From Octopus vulgaris (lineage: Eukaryota), in the NCBI GenBank assembly GCA_951406725.2, contig OX597842.1, forward strand, positions 24,428,001 through 24,492,000: a stretch of DNA of 64,000 nt, in the 5' to 3' direction. Positions 1 through 13,379 of the stretch are shown here, in pieces (positions within the stretch are counted from its first letter, which is position 1; each line of letters begins with the position of its first letter). A model generated the notes under the pieces. It made no database searches, was not told the DNA's origin, and saw nothing but the letters and a program-made list of their open reading frames with translations. Made by a program: the position numbers and the translations under genes.

Positions 1-2016
1 TGTTTCAGGCATTTGACAGTGGCCATGCTGGAGCACATAGACCCAGGACTTATTCTTTGTAAGCCAAGTACTTATTCTATCGGTCACTTTTGCTGAACTG
101 CTAAGTTATGCTGGACGTAAACACACCAGCATCGATTGTCAAGCGATGTTTGGGGGACAAACATATACACACACATATATACGATGGACTTCTTTCAGTT
201 TCTGTCTACCAAATCCACCCACAAGGCTTTGGTGGGCCCGAGGCTATAGTAGAAGACACTTATCCAAAGTGCTACACAGTGAGACTGAACCTGGGACCAT
301 GTGGTTGGTAAGCAAGCTACTTACCACACAGCCACTCCCACGCCTATATGTACACATTACACAAGATATTGTTTGCTTTTTTCTCTGTTGTCTGTATTAA
401 AGAAATATTTTCAAATTATTTCACTTTAATAGAATTTATTATTTCTTTAGCTTGTATTAAATAATTTTGACCTCATAACCCATTAAAATAATTGCATTAT
501 CTTTTTAACTTATCTCTCTGTTTTTATATATTATGTTGGGTGTGTAGGCATGTATAAATATATATATAGAGAGAGATTTTAAAAGTGTCCCATATATATG
601 GTTTTCTAATTTGGCAACCCTATCCAAATGTGTCCCTTATGAGCCTATACAATTGATGATACAGCATAGAATTCACACTTGATCAATGTTTGATAAGTTA
701 CACATTTCTCCAAACTGATCTATAATAAATGTTTGTTTTGAAGTTATATAATTTGTTGATATTATTTAATATACAAAATACTTGGTGTTAGATGCTAAGA
801 TACAGTGATGAGAGATAAACGAAGGGATAAGCTTGTTCATTAAATGCTAATGATGGTGGTTATCTAGTGAATATGTGATGGAGCCATTGAGTAGATGGTA
901 ACCATGTGAGAGGAGTGTGAAGGAAATATATTTCCCAGTCACTGATGAAATGTTAAAATAACACAATGGTAGGAAATTTCTCAAGAGAGCTGAACAGTGG
1001 AAGGTCTTCGGAGAGGAAACCCTACTCAGGCAAGATCCAGAGGTAATGCGTTGACATATGAGGTTAATTGAAGGAAAAGCTTGTAACATCAGATGAACAT
1101 ATTTTGGGACCACGTCTCAAAGCAAAATAAGGCGAACACATGCACTTGCGGGTGTGTATGTGCGTGACCTGAGTCAATGCATGTCTAGGAGTCAGAAGTC
1201 AACGCAAGGGTGGCACAAAATTAGAATGTTCCGCTTTATATTAGGGATAAACCAGAAGTCCCTGACTGCTATGTCACCTGGAAGTTTATAGGAAGCTTCT
1301 AAAATATTCAAGAAGGTCGAGGGCGATTACTCTTCTTAAATCTCATTTTCATTTTGCTTTCCTGTCTAACCGCCAGGGGTCACTCAGGCTTTAGTTATAC
1401 AAGGTGGTGAGCTGGCAGAAACGTTAGCACGCCGGGCGAAATGCGTAGCCATATTTCATCTGCCGTTATCTTCTGAGTTCAAATTCCGAGGTCGACTTTG
1501 CCCTTCATCCTTTCGGGGTCGATATAACGGACTTAACCCATGCGTCTGTCCTCTCTGTTTTTAGCCCCTTGTGGGTAATAAAGAAATAAGTTATGCAAGA
1601 TTCCCTTGATTGTGTCGAGAATGATGAAAATTTGTGTGGGCCTCTGAGCAGGTATTGCCCTGAGTTTGGCAAAATCTGATGCAGATTCTCTGCTCAACTT
1701 TCTCTATCTTGCTCAATGTGACAATCACACGCTACACACCTTCCTTCCAAGCATTGCTGCAAACAGCAGAAGAGAGCTAGAATGTTAACACTTAGTGTGA
1801 ATGGACAGCAGAGTTTAGAGTCAATCTTTCCCAAGTGGCTTCACTCTATGTACCTTAGCTTCGTTGCTATAGCAACAGTCTGCATATATGTACGTATATA
1901 TGTATGCCATTGTTCAGTTTTATTTCAAAATTACTTGCCAATAGAGAAAGAGCCAATTCCTAACCTAAATCCAAGGATCCTTCATTGGAATTTCACCATC
2001 AACAACAGAGTATGTA

Positions 2017-2680
2017 GGTCTTTTCGGTTTGAACGGCAGGTTTTAACATAATTTCTAGGTGACTAAACACTTTTAAACTTCGTATACTGGTAGAATGTGT
2101 TTATAAAACATCTTTTTCTCCTGGCTTTATTGAGAAAATTCTACGGTTTGTAAGATATTTGTTGTCTTTTTTTCTTCAATTTCAAGCAATCAATGACATC
2201 TATTGAGGTGAAAACATTGTGCCGTATGAATATGTCCCTCGTTTAAGAAACAGATTGGGTTTATTTACATTTGTGAAGAAAAAAAGATACCCTTCCCCCA
2301 ACCCTAAAAGAGATTGAAATGCAATAGATCAATACTAGGGTCATATTTATGGGTGACAATTTCATATGACACCGCTAGAAAAACTGCCGTTCAAACCGAA
2401 AAGGTCCAATACATTTCTAAATATCTCATAGAGATTTATGCAGTAGTGGTACGATAAAGATACCCTTCCCCCACCCCTAACCCTAAAATAGATTGAAATG
2501 CAAAGATTGATACTAGGGTCATAATTATGGGTGACATTTTCATTTGACACCGTTAGAAAAAAATCCCATTTTTCTGTAAAAATTATGTTTTATAAACACA
2601 TTCTACCAGTATACGAAGTTTAAAAGTGTTTAGTTAACTAGAAATTGTGTTGACATATGCCATTCAAAAGGAAAAGCTCC
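2017..2680. mobile_element. Composite of related MITEs (GGTCTTTTCGGTTTGAACGGC and GGATC-type arms); paralogs 14408-15357 and 36959-37733
   Basis: Shared arm cacttttaaacttcgtatactggtagaatgtg and TIR-like ends. Confidence 0.7.
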
Positions 2681-3001
2681 GCACAAACTTGTACGAAGTA
2701 CAGATGTCTGCGTGTTAATATACATCTCAGGAAAAACAGCCTTCTCATATTCAATAAGCTTGGTGGCACCCTGGTAGTACATATCATTGTGGAAAATGTA
2801 AAACCACCTATAATTATTAGATATATATTAATTATCAGAGTGACTCACGACTTGACTGGTTATAGACGCCTGGTACTATTTACGTAAAGTGGTCCCGCTG
2901 CGCGCCATCGCGCTAGCTGGTTGTGACTAGTCGATCCTACGACTACCTAGCGCGAGTGCACGTATGCAAATTAATAGATGCGTACATGCGCAAAGCACGT
3001 A

Positions 3002-3511
3002 CTGTAAATCTTCGAGTATAATCCACATTTCCCCCCCCAAATTTAAAGGTCAAAATCCCAGGTGTGGATTATATACGAGGTTAAAAATGAAAAATATTTT
3101 CTAAGCAACGTCCGAGTCTCTATTTGCTCTCCGGCAATGTTTATTCAGACGCAATTTGTGATGTCGGGCGTGAAAATACCTTAAGCTAAGCCTGAAAGCA
3201 ATGAAGTCATAAAAGAATCATCCATAACTTGCAGTAAGCAACATTTATTAAACGTTATTACTGTTATTTCTTTATTTTCTGCAAACAAAATACACAAAAA
3301 AGCTACACGTTTGCATTATGTTATGTATACAATAAGAAAGGATGTTACCATATACATTTTTACAAACCAAGGATGTTATGTAGACCTCCTTGACTCAGGT
3401 TAGAGAAAGGGTGCATATTATACACAAGGTTTAGGTTTTTCAGAGGTACAGCCCCCTAAAAATTACCCTGAGTATTAGACTCAAGGGCGGACTACACTCA
3501 AAGAATTTTGG
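3002..3511. mobile_element. Tc1/mariner (pogo-like) MITE with TA flanks; paralog 13573-14085
   Basis: ta|ctgtaaatcttcgagtataatcc...ggactacactcaaagaattttgg|ta. Confidence 0.65.
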
Positions 3512-3707
3512 TATGTATTTAAAGGCTGTATATCAAATAATTTTTTTTATTTTAAAACAAGGTAAATAATTTTTTCACACAAAGTAAATAATTATTAACT
3601 AATTAGGGAGAGAGTCAGTTTAGATGAGATGCAGTTTGGGTTCATGCCAGGGAAAAGCACCACTGATGCTATATATTTCTGGTAAGACAGATGCAGGAGA
3701 AATACCT

Positions 3708-4369
3708 GATCTTTTTCTTTTAAACGGCGGTTTTCAACACAATTTCTAGTTAACTAAACACTTTTAAACTTCGTATACTGGTAGAATGTGTCAAAATAAA
3801 ACATTTTTTTCTCTTGGCTTTCTTTAGAAAATTGCAATTTGTAAGTTTAATGTAGCTGAATTTTTCGAATTTTAACCAATGAATGGCCTCTATTGAGCTA
3901 AAATCATTTGCTGCGTCTAAAACTGAGACAACATCACTCTAACCCTAAATTTTAGCCTTTCGTTTTTTTTTCTTAATCGTTAAATTAATTTAAGGATAAT
4001 AATTAAGAAAAAAAATGAAAGGCTAAAACAAAAGAAAAAAACTCAACTAAAAAACAAAACGAATAATTTTAGACACACGTGTAACAATAAAAAACAAACA
4101 AACTGAAAGGCTAAAATTTAGGGTTAGGGTTAGTGACAGGATGCTGTCTTAGTTTTAGACGCAGCAAATGATTTTAGCTCAATAGAGTGCATAGGATTGG
4201 TTAAAATTCGAAAAATTAAACTACATTAAACTTACAAATTACAATTGTCTCAAGAAAGCCAAGAGAAAGAAACGTTTTCTATTCACACATTCTACCAGTA
4301 TACAAAGTTTAAAAGTGTTTAATTAACTAGAAATTGTGTTGAAAAGTGCCGTTCAAGAGGAAAAGATCC
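3708..4369. mobile_element. Palindromic GGATC-family MITE 3' of ZNF-1
   Basis: Same TIRs and long arms as 12802-13379. Confidence 0.8.
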
Positions 4370-4481
4370 GACTTAGAATGATTTACTGCAGATATTACAG
4401 TGCTATGGTTTCTCTCCTGTATGAATGTTTTTATGAGAGGTTAAAGAGCGCAAGCAAGACAATGATTTACCACAAATATCA

Positions 4482-5850
<1,369 letters not shown>

Positions 5851-6332
5851 TATTGTTCTATAGTATACAAGCACAAAATATAATTTTGCTTCCTTTTTTA
5901 TATATTTCTATTGCTTATATTTCCAGCAGTTCTGATCTTCATCAATATCTGAAGATGATACAAACACCTTTGCAGATATCTCCCGCTCCAAACAGAATGT
6001 GAAAGACTTTAGCAAATATTCCAGGCAATGATGGAAACAAATGTTGCCATTAATTCAGAAGAAATATTTCACAGTTTTCCACCATAGACAAATCGTATAA
6101 ACAGAGTTATGTCAAATATTTATAACATCTTCCATTAGATGATCAATATTCATGAAGTATCACTAACATTTCACCACCTGAAATGACACAGAAACAGAAG
6201 AAGATATAGGAAAGACTCAAAAAGCAGAGATTCAACTATAAAAAAAATATAACTACATCTTCATAATGATAAACTGTGGATATAATCCTTTAATTTGTCT
6301 TTGAAATTTATTTATGGTAATTTATAATATGG

Positions 6333-6885
6333 TAACCCTTTTGTACCATATTTCTGCTGAGATTCAGTGTGTTTCTTTCAATTATTTTAAATATAATAAA
6401 GAACTTAGTAAACTAACTTAGTTATCATTCAACTAGTGTTAGGAACATAAATTCGAAGTAAGGTTTGGTGGAAGACTTTAATTCAAAACTTATGAAAACA
6501 AGACATTTTTCCACAGAGCCAGTTTTGGCAGGGTTAGTAACAAAAGGGTGTGGTCTTTGAAATTTATTTTGTTATTAAAAGTATATGATACAACCTTGTG
6601 TAATGTCTACATATACACGGACTTCAGTTCCTCTTCCTTCAGATATTATGGAAAACATTATCCCTTTAGTGTTCAGATTATTCTGTTAAATGTAATTCTT
6701 TTTCACTCAAATTGTTTTGAATTAATCATGCATTATCTTATAGCTTTAAGGTTCCAATGATGTGATTGTTTATTTCTAAAATGTCAATGTAGGTTAGGTG
6801 TGAGAGGCCAGATACCGCCAGTTTGAATATAAAACATGCAGAATATCTGGGCCTGATATGGCCGGTTTAAACAATAAAGGGTTCA
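6333..6885. mobile_element. Two small CCCTT...AAGGG MITEs (piggyBac-like): 6335-6548 and 6662-6882
   Basis: acccttttgt...acaaaagggt and ccctttag...taaaggg termini. Paralog of the first at 10422-10643. Confidence 0.5.
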
Positions 6886-7182
6886 ACTATAGGATATTGG
6901 ACAATAATATGATAAGTGACTACTGTTTAACCCTAGGTTATCCCTGACTGAGCAGATCTATTATTAATGAAATTAGGTAATGTTCATGATTGTTACAACT
7001 TCCGTAACAGATCAAACATAAACATAAACTACAATTTAGTGAACCAACCCATCATGACTTTTCCTCTCGTAACTTTATTAATAATAAAAACAAACTGCAC
7101 TCACATATGTTGAAGGTGTGGTCACTAATTTAGAGAAAGTGTTCTGTGAATTGACGTATGAGGAGTAGAGCCAGGACAGAAT

Positions 7183-7337
7183 GGCGATCCTTCGGTATAG
7201 GTACACACGTGACTTTATTTACATTTCTGAAGATAACAGAAACACTTTTCTCCCACCCCCCACGTATAAAATAACACTTTTTTGAAATGTATCCAGTACT
7301 TCTGGATATACACCGGTACTTGTACCGTAAGATCGCC
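7183..7337. mobile_element. GGCGATC-family MITE; relatives at 27178-27518 and 55326-55642
   Basis: ggcgatccttcggtata...taccgtaagatcgcc. Confidence 0.65.
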
Positions 7338-7376
7338 TTTCTTTTCAAAACAAAGTAAATAAAACACAAAAACACA

Positions 7377-7719
7377 GGTACTACTAGCGAAGACTGCACC
7401 CGGTACGCGCTAGCTAGTCGTAATTAGTCGATCCTACAACGACTTGCGCGTATGCAAATGAGTTAATTTTTTCAGAATAAAATAAAATAATTTTTTAAAG
7501 AAGGTAAATAAATTATTTCTTAGAACAATGTATATGATTTTTTAACACATATCAAATAAAATGTGTGTGATATATTCTTTTAGTTTTCATATTCTTTCGT
7601 AAATAATTTCTTTTTTTTTTAAACTAAGTAAATAAAACATAAACACAAAGTAAGGATCTACTAGTCACGACTAACAAGCGCGAGTGCGCACACCGGGACC
7701 ACTCTTCTAGAGTAGTACC
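7377..7719. mobile_element. GGTACTACT-family MITE with CpG-rich subterminal arms; paralog 9899-10232; related end at ~2872
   Basis: ggtactact...agtagtacc termini with imperfect inverted arms. Confidence 0.6.
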
Positions 7720-8147
7720 CATCGTCAGTTTATGACATTTGCCGATTCTGTCTACAAAAGGCTGTATCTGCTTTTTATCATAGTGCTATCACTGGCCACA
7801 TGTTTCAGTTAGCTATTGATGTTTTATGATGTTGCAGATTATTTATTCTGAGAAGCTGAAATGGACAGAATTATTAACGTGTATCATTTTGACAGAATAA
7901 ACAGCAAATACAGATCTTTAGCAAATGATACATCTGTGATAAAACAACAAACAGCTTTGAATGGACACAACCAGCAAATGGATTATCTACCAAAATAATT
8001 GAAATTAAAAACCAGGTGCTTTACTGGACAATAGAATTAATATCGATTTCAGACTAGTATTAATTAAAACTATCAATATTGTCTGGATTTTCCAATTAGC
8101 CAGATACATAGGCTTTTACTAAAAAGAAAATATGTATTACAACTTAC

Positions 8148-8268
8148 CTCTGATGATAATTTAGTCGCTGTTTTATAAGAAATATTTTTAATTACACACT
8201 CGAACGAGAGGGAAATATTACTGGAAGACACATAGAAAAGCTGACACGGTATGTCAACGAAACGAAAA
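8148..8268 (-). promoter_or_regulatory. Putative non-coding exon 1 of ZNF-1 (donor at 8147, acceptor AG at 6178-6179)
   Basis: Inverted copy of the 9350-9470 module. GAG|GTAAGT donor; tgtgtcatttCAG acceptor upstream of the ATG. Confidence 0.55.
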
Positions 8269-8679
8269 ACCATAAATGTCTATTGTTAAAATGGATCGTT
8301 TTGATTATCTGTGTAATTTCTTTATCATATAAAATAATATAATATTAAATTTTTCTTATTTGTGTAATTCCTTGCAAAAATAAGGACACAGGAAATGTGT
8401 CAAGGCAGACAGGAAACGTTGCTGCTTCCTAGGGCTAAATAGCAGTAGTATGATTCCCTTCATGGGACTGTCACATTAAGTTGACAGTATACAACTACTT
8501 TATCGTACCACTACTGCATAAATCTCTGTGAGATATTTAGAAATGTATTATTTCTGTTTTTGTAATTCCTTTATAACGTACAAAGTGTGTCATCTCTGAA
8601 ATATCTGAAAGATAAGGTATATAACCCTGGCTATACTATTTAACACTGGTAGACCACATATCTATACCAGTACCGAAGT

Positions 8680-8860
<181 letters not shown>

Positions 8861-8869
8861 GCAATTTAG

Positions 8870-9032
8870 GGATCTTTTCCTTTTGACCGGCAAATTTTTA
8901 AAATAATTTCCATGTAAGTAAAAAATGAGAAAAAGATGTTTTATAAACACATTCTACCAGTATACGAAGTTTTAAATTTTTTAGTTACATAGAAATTATG
9001 TCAAAAAACTGCCGTTCAAAAGGAAAAGATCC
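8870..9032. mobile_element. Short GGATC-family MITE in the palindrome spacer
   Basis: ggatcttttccttttgaccggc...gccgttcaaaaggaaaagatcc. Confidence 0.75.
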
Positions 9033-9294
9033 GAATGTTGTTGTTGCTACCAACACCGCTATTGTTTATGTTAATTTGAAATTTGCCAGCAAAATCTCAT
9101 AAAATGGCAATGTTCTATAAGTTGTACGAGCTTATATCCTTTGTATGAAAATAAAGAAGTTAAGTATGTTATGTGACTCCGCCGTAACCGTAACCGCCAA
9201 AAACGGGTGGTGTGGCTATTCGTTACCTTGGCCCAATTCACATTTTCAAAAATTTATTATAGTTCTAAAAAAACATTAACAGTTTACCACCTTA

Positions 9295-9470
9295 ATTTCA
9301 GCATCAGACAAAAGTGAGTAAATACGAAGCGCACAACAACCGGATTGTTAGTTCGTTTCGTTGACTTTCCGTGTCGGCTTTTCTATGTGTCTTCCAGTAA
9401 TATTTCCCGCTCCTTCGAGTGTGTAATTAAAAATATTTCTTATAAAACAGCGACTAAATTATCATCAGAG
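9295..9470 (+). promoter_or_regulatory. Putative promoter and non-coding exon 1 of ZNF-2 (donor GT 9471, acceptor AG 10799-10800)
   Basis: CATCAGACAAA motif, Inr-like TTAGTT at 9348, ttcgtttcgttgac, GAG|GTAAGT. Confidence 0.6.
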
Positions 9471-11127
9471 GTAAGTTGTAATACATATTTTCTTTTTAGT
9501 AAAAGCCTATGTATCTGGCTAATTGGAAAATCCAGACAATATTGATAGTTTTAATTAATACTAGTCTGAAATCGATATTAATTCTATTGTCCAGTAAAGC
9601 ACCTGGTTTTTAATTTCAATTATTTTGGTAGATAATCCATTTGCTGGTTGTGTCCATTCAAAGCTGTTTGTTGTTTTATCACAGATGTATCATTTGCTAA
9701 ACATCTGTATTTGCTGTTTATTCTGTCAAAATGATACACGTTAATAATTCTGTCCATTTCAGCTTCTCAGAATAAATAATCTGCAACATCATAAAACATC
9801 AATAGCTAACTGAAACATGTGGCCAGTGATAGCACTATGATAAAAAGCAGATACAGCCTTTTGTAGACAGAATCAGCAAATGTCATCAACTGGCGATGGG
9901 TACTACTCTAGAAGAGTGGTCCCGGTGTGCGCACTCGCGCTTGTTAGTCGTGACTAGTGGATGCTTACTTTGTATTTTTGTTTTATTTAATTAGTTAAAA
10001 AAGAAATTATTTACTAAAGAATATGAAAACTAAAAGAATATATCACACACATTTTATTTGATTTGTGTAAAAAAATCATATACATTGTTCTAAGAAATAA
10101 TTTATTTACTTTCTTTGAAATATTCTTCTATTTTATTCTGTAAATTCAACTCATTTGCATACGCGCAAGTCGTCGGATCGACTACTTACGACTAGCTAGC
10201 GCGTACCGGGTCCATTCTTCGCTAGTAGTACCTGTGTTTTATTTACTTTGTTTTAAAAAGAAAGGCGATCTTACGGTATAAGTACCGGTGTAATCTGAAC
10301 ACTAAAGGGATAATGTTTTACATAATATCTGAAGGAAGAGGAACAGAAGTCCGTGTATATGTAGACATTACACAAGGTTGTATCATATAATTTTAATAAC
10401 AAAATAAATTTCAAAGACCACACCCTTTTGTTACTAACCCGGCCAAAACCGGCTCTGGCTCTGTGGTAAAATGTTTTGTTTTCATAAGTTTTGAATTAAA
10501 ATCTTCCACCAAACCTTAGTTCCAATTTATGTTCCTAACACTAGTTGAATGATAACTAAGCTAGTTTACTAAGTTCTTTATTATATTTAAAATAATTGAA
10601 AGAAACACACTGAATCTCAGCAGAAATATGGTAACAAAAGGGTTACCATATTATAAATTACCATAAATAAATTTCAAAGACAAATTAAAGGATTATATCC
10701 ACAGTCTATCATTATGAAGATGTAGTTATATTTTTTTTATAGTTGAATCTCTGCTTTTTAAGTCTTTCCTATATCTTCTTCTGTTTCTGTGTCATTTCAG
10801 GAGGTGAAATGTTAGTGATACTTCATGAATATTGATCATCTAATGGAAGAAGTTATAAATATTTGACATAACTCTGTTTATATGATTTGTCTATGGTGGA
10901 AAACTGTGAAATATTTCTTCTGAATTAATGACAACATTTGTTTCCATCATTGCCTGGAATATTTGCTAAAGTCTTTCAAATTCAGTTTGGAGCGGGAGAT
11001 ATCTGCAAAGGTGTTTGTATCATCTTCAGATATTGATGAAGATCGGAACTGCTGGAAATATAAGCAATAGAAATATATAAAAAAGGAAGCAAAATTATAT
11101 TTTGTGTTTGTATACTATAGAACAATA

Positions 11128-12768
11128 ATGAATCCTCAAGAGATGACAAAAGAAAGAGAAAAATTATCGTACCAATGTGATATCTGTAAAATGACTTTTT
11201 CTAATGAGGGAAATCTCACTGTTCACAAATTCATTCATGCAGGTAGGAAGCCATATGACTGTGATGTCTGTGGTAAATCATTCTCTCAGAAAAGTAACCT
11301 TACCTCTCACCAATATATTCATACAGGAGAGAAACCATATGAATGTGATATTTGTTGTAAATCATTCTCTCAGAAAATTCACCTTTACTAGACACAAATC
11401 CATTCACACAGGTGAGAAACCATATCAATGTGATATCTGTGGAAATTCATTCTCTGATAAATGTCACCTTTCTTCTCACAAATACATTCATACAGGTGAG
11501 AAACCATATGAATGTGATATTTGTGGTAAATCATTCTCCCATAAGCACATCCTTACTTCTCACATATCCATTCATACAGGAGTGAAACCTTATCACTGTG
11601 ATATTTGTGGTAAATCATTCTCCCAAAGGACTGGCCTTTCTTATCACAAATCTGTTCATACTGGAGAGAAACCAAATCAGTGTGATATATGTGGTAAATC
11701 ATTCTTTCAGAAAAGTAGCCTTACCACTCACAAATACATTCATACAGGAGAGAAACCTCATCAATGTGATGTCTGTGGAATGTCATTCTCTCAAAAACGT
11801 AGCCTTGATTCTCATAAATACATTCATACAGGTGAGAAACCATATCAGTGTGATATTTGTGGAAAATCATTCTCTCAAAAAGTAACCTTGATTCTCATAA
11901 ATCCATTCATACAGGAGAGAAACCTCATCAATGTGATGTCTGTGGAATGTCATTCTCTCAAAGACGTTACCTTGATTCTCACAAACATATTCATACAGGA
12001 GAGAAACCATATCAATGTGATATCTGTGGAAATTCATTCTCTGATAAATGTCACCTTTCTTCTCACAAATACATTCACAGAGGTGAGAAACAATATCACT
12101 GTGATATTTGTGGTAAATCATTCTCCCATAAGCACATCCTTACTACTCACATATCCATTCATACAGGAGTGAAACCTTATAACTGTGATATTTGTGGTAA
12201 ATCATTCTCTCAAAAGACTGGCCTTTCTTATCACAAATCTGTTCATACTGGAGAGAAACCAAATCAGTGTGATATCTGTGGTAAATCATTCTCTCAGAAA
12301 AGTAGCCTTACCACTCACAAATACATTCATACAGGAGAGAAACCTCATCAATGTGATGTCTGTGGAATGTCATTCTCTCAAAAAAGTAGCCTTGATTCTC
12401 ATAAATACATTCATACAGGTGAGAAACCATATCAGTGTGATATTTGTGGAAAATCATTCTCTCAAAAAGGTAACCTTGATTCTCATAAATATATTCATAC
12501 AGGAGAGAAACCTCATCAATGTGATGTCTGTGGAATGTCATTCTCTCAAAGACGTTACCTTGATTCTCACAAACCCATTCATACAGGAGAGAAACCATAT
12601 CAATGTCGTATTTGTGGTAAATCGTTCTTCCATAAGCGTAGCCTTACTCATCACAAATCCATTCATACTGGAGAGAAACTGTATGAGTGTGATATTTGTG
12701 GTATACCACTGTCTTGCTTGCGTTCTTTAACCTCTCATAAAAACATTCATACAGGAGAGAAACCATAG
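11128..12768 (+). pseudogene. C2H2 zinc-finger gene (ZNF-2), ~19 fingers, two compensating 1-bp frameshifts (~11385, ~11880); pseudogene or assembly error
   Basis: Fingers are split over ORFs 11104..11391, 11204..12172 and 11857..12768. Both shifts lie in T/A homopolymers. A 7-finger block is duplicated (11421 vs 12008). Confidence 0.85.
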
Positions 12769-12801
12769 AACTGTAATATCTGCAGTAAATCACTCTAAGC
12801 C

Positions 12802-13379
12802 GGATCTTTTCCTCTTGAACGGCAGTTTTCAACAAAATTTCTAGTTAACTAAACACTTTTAAACTTCGTATACTGGTAGAATGTATCAAAATAAAACATT
12901 TTTTTCTCTTGGCTTTCTTGAGAAAATTGTAATTTGTAAGTTTAACATAGTTTAATTTTTCAAATTTTAACCAATCCTATACCCTCTATTGAGCTAAAAT
13001 TATTTGCTGCATCTAAAACTGAGGCAACATCCTGTCACTAACCCTAACCCTAAATTTTAGCCTTTCGTTTTTTTTTTCTTAATTGTTATCCTTAAATTAA
13101 TTTAACAATTGAGAAAAAAAATAAAAACGAAAGGCTAAAATTTAGGGTTAGGGTTAGTCTCAGTTTTAGACACAGCAAATGATTTTAGCTCAATAGAGGT
13201 CATAGGATTGGTTAAAATTCGAAAAATTAAACTACATTAAACTTACAAATTACAATTTACTCAAGAAAGCCAAGAGAAAGAAACGTTTTCTTTGCACACA
13301 TTCTACCAGTATACGAAGTTTAAAAGTGTTTAGTTAACTAGAAATTGTGTTGAAAACTGCCGTTCAAAAGAAAAAGATC
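12802..13379. mobile_element. Palindromic GGATC-family MITE just 3' of the ZNF-2 stop; paralog 3708-4369
   Basis: ggatcttttcctcttgaacggc...gccgttcaaaagaaaaagatc; internal TAACCC repeats; no TSD. Confidence 0.8.

Noticed and set aside
640-1400. Possible solo LTR in block A
   Set aside because: Could not identify TG..CA boundaries with a TSD.
2975-2995. Octamer ATGCAAAT motifs (also ~7452, ~10152 rc) as ZNF regulatory sites
   Set aside because: They lie inside MITE arms and are absent from the other gene pairs.
11867-12598. Antisense ORFs over the finger arrays (MVSLLYE...)
   Set aside because: Reverse-strand by-products of the 84-bp repeat.
11128-12768. Constant/variable 84-bp periodicity resembling a CRISPR array
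   Set aside because: The units are codon-phased zinc fingers in eukaryotic DNA, and there are no cas genes.
13038-13158. TTAGGG/CCCTAA repeats as telomeric sequence
   Set aside because: Only 2-3 units, and they are an internal part of the MITE families.
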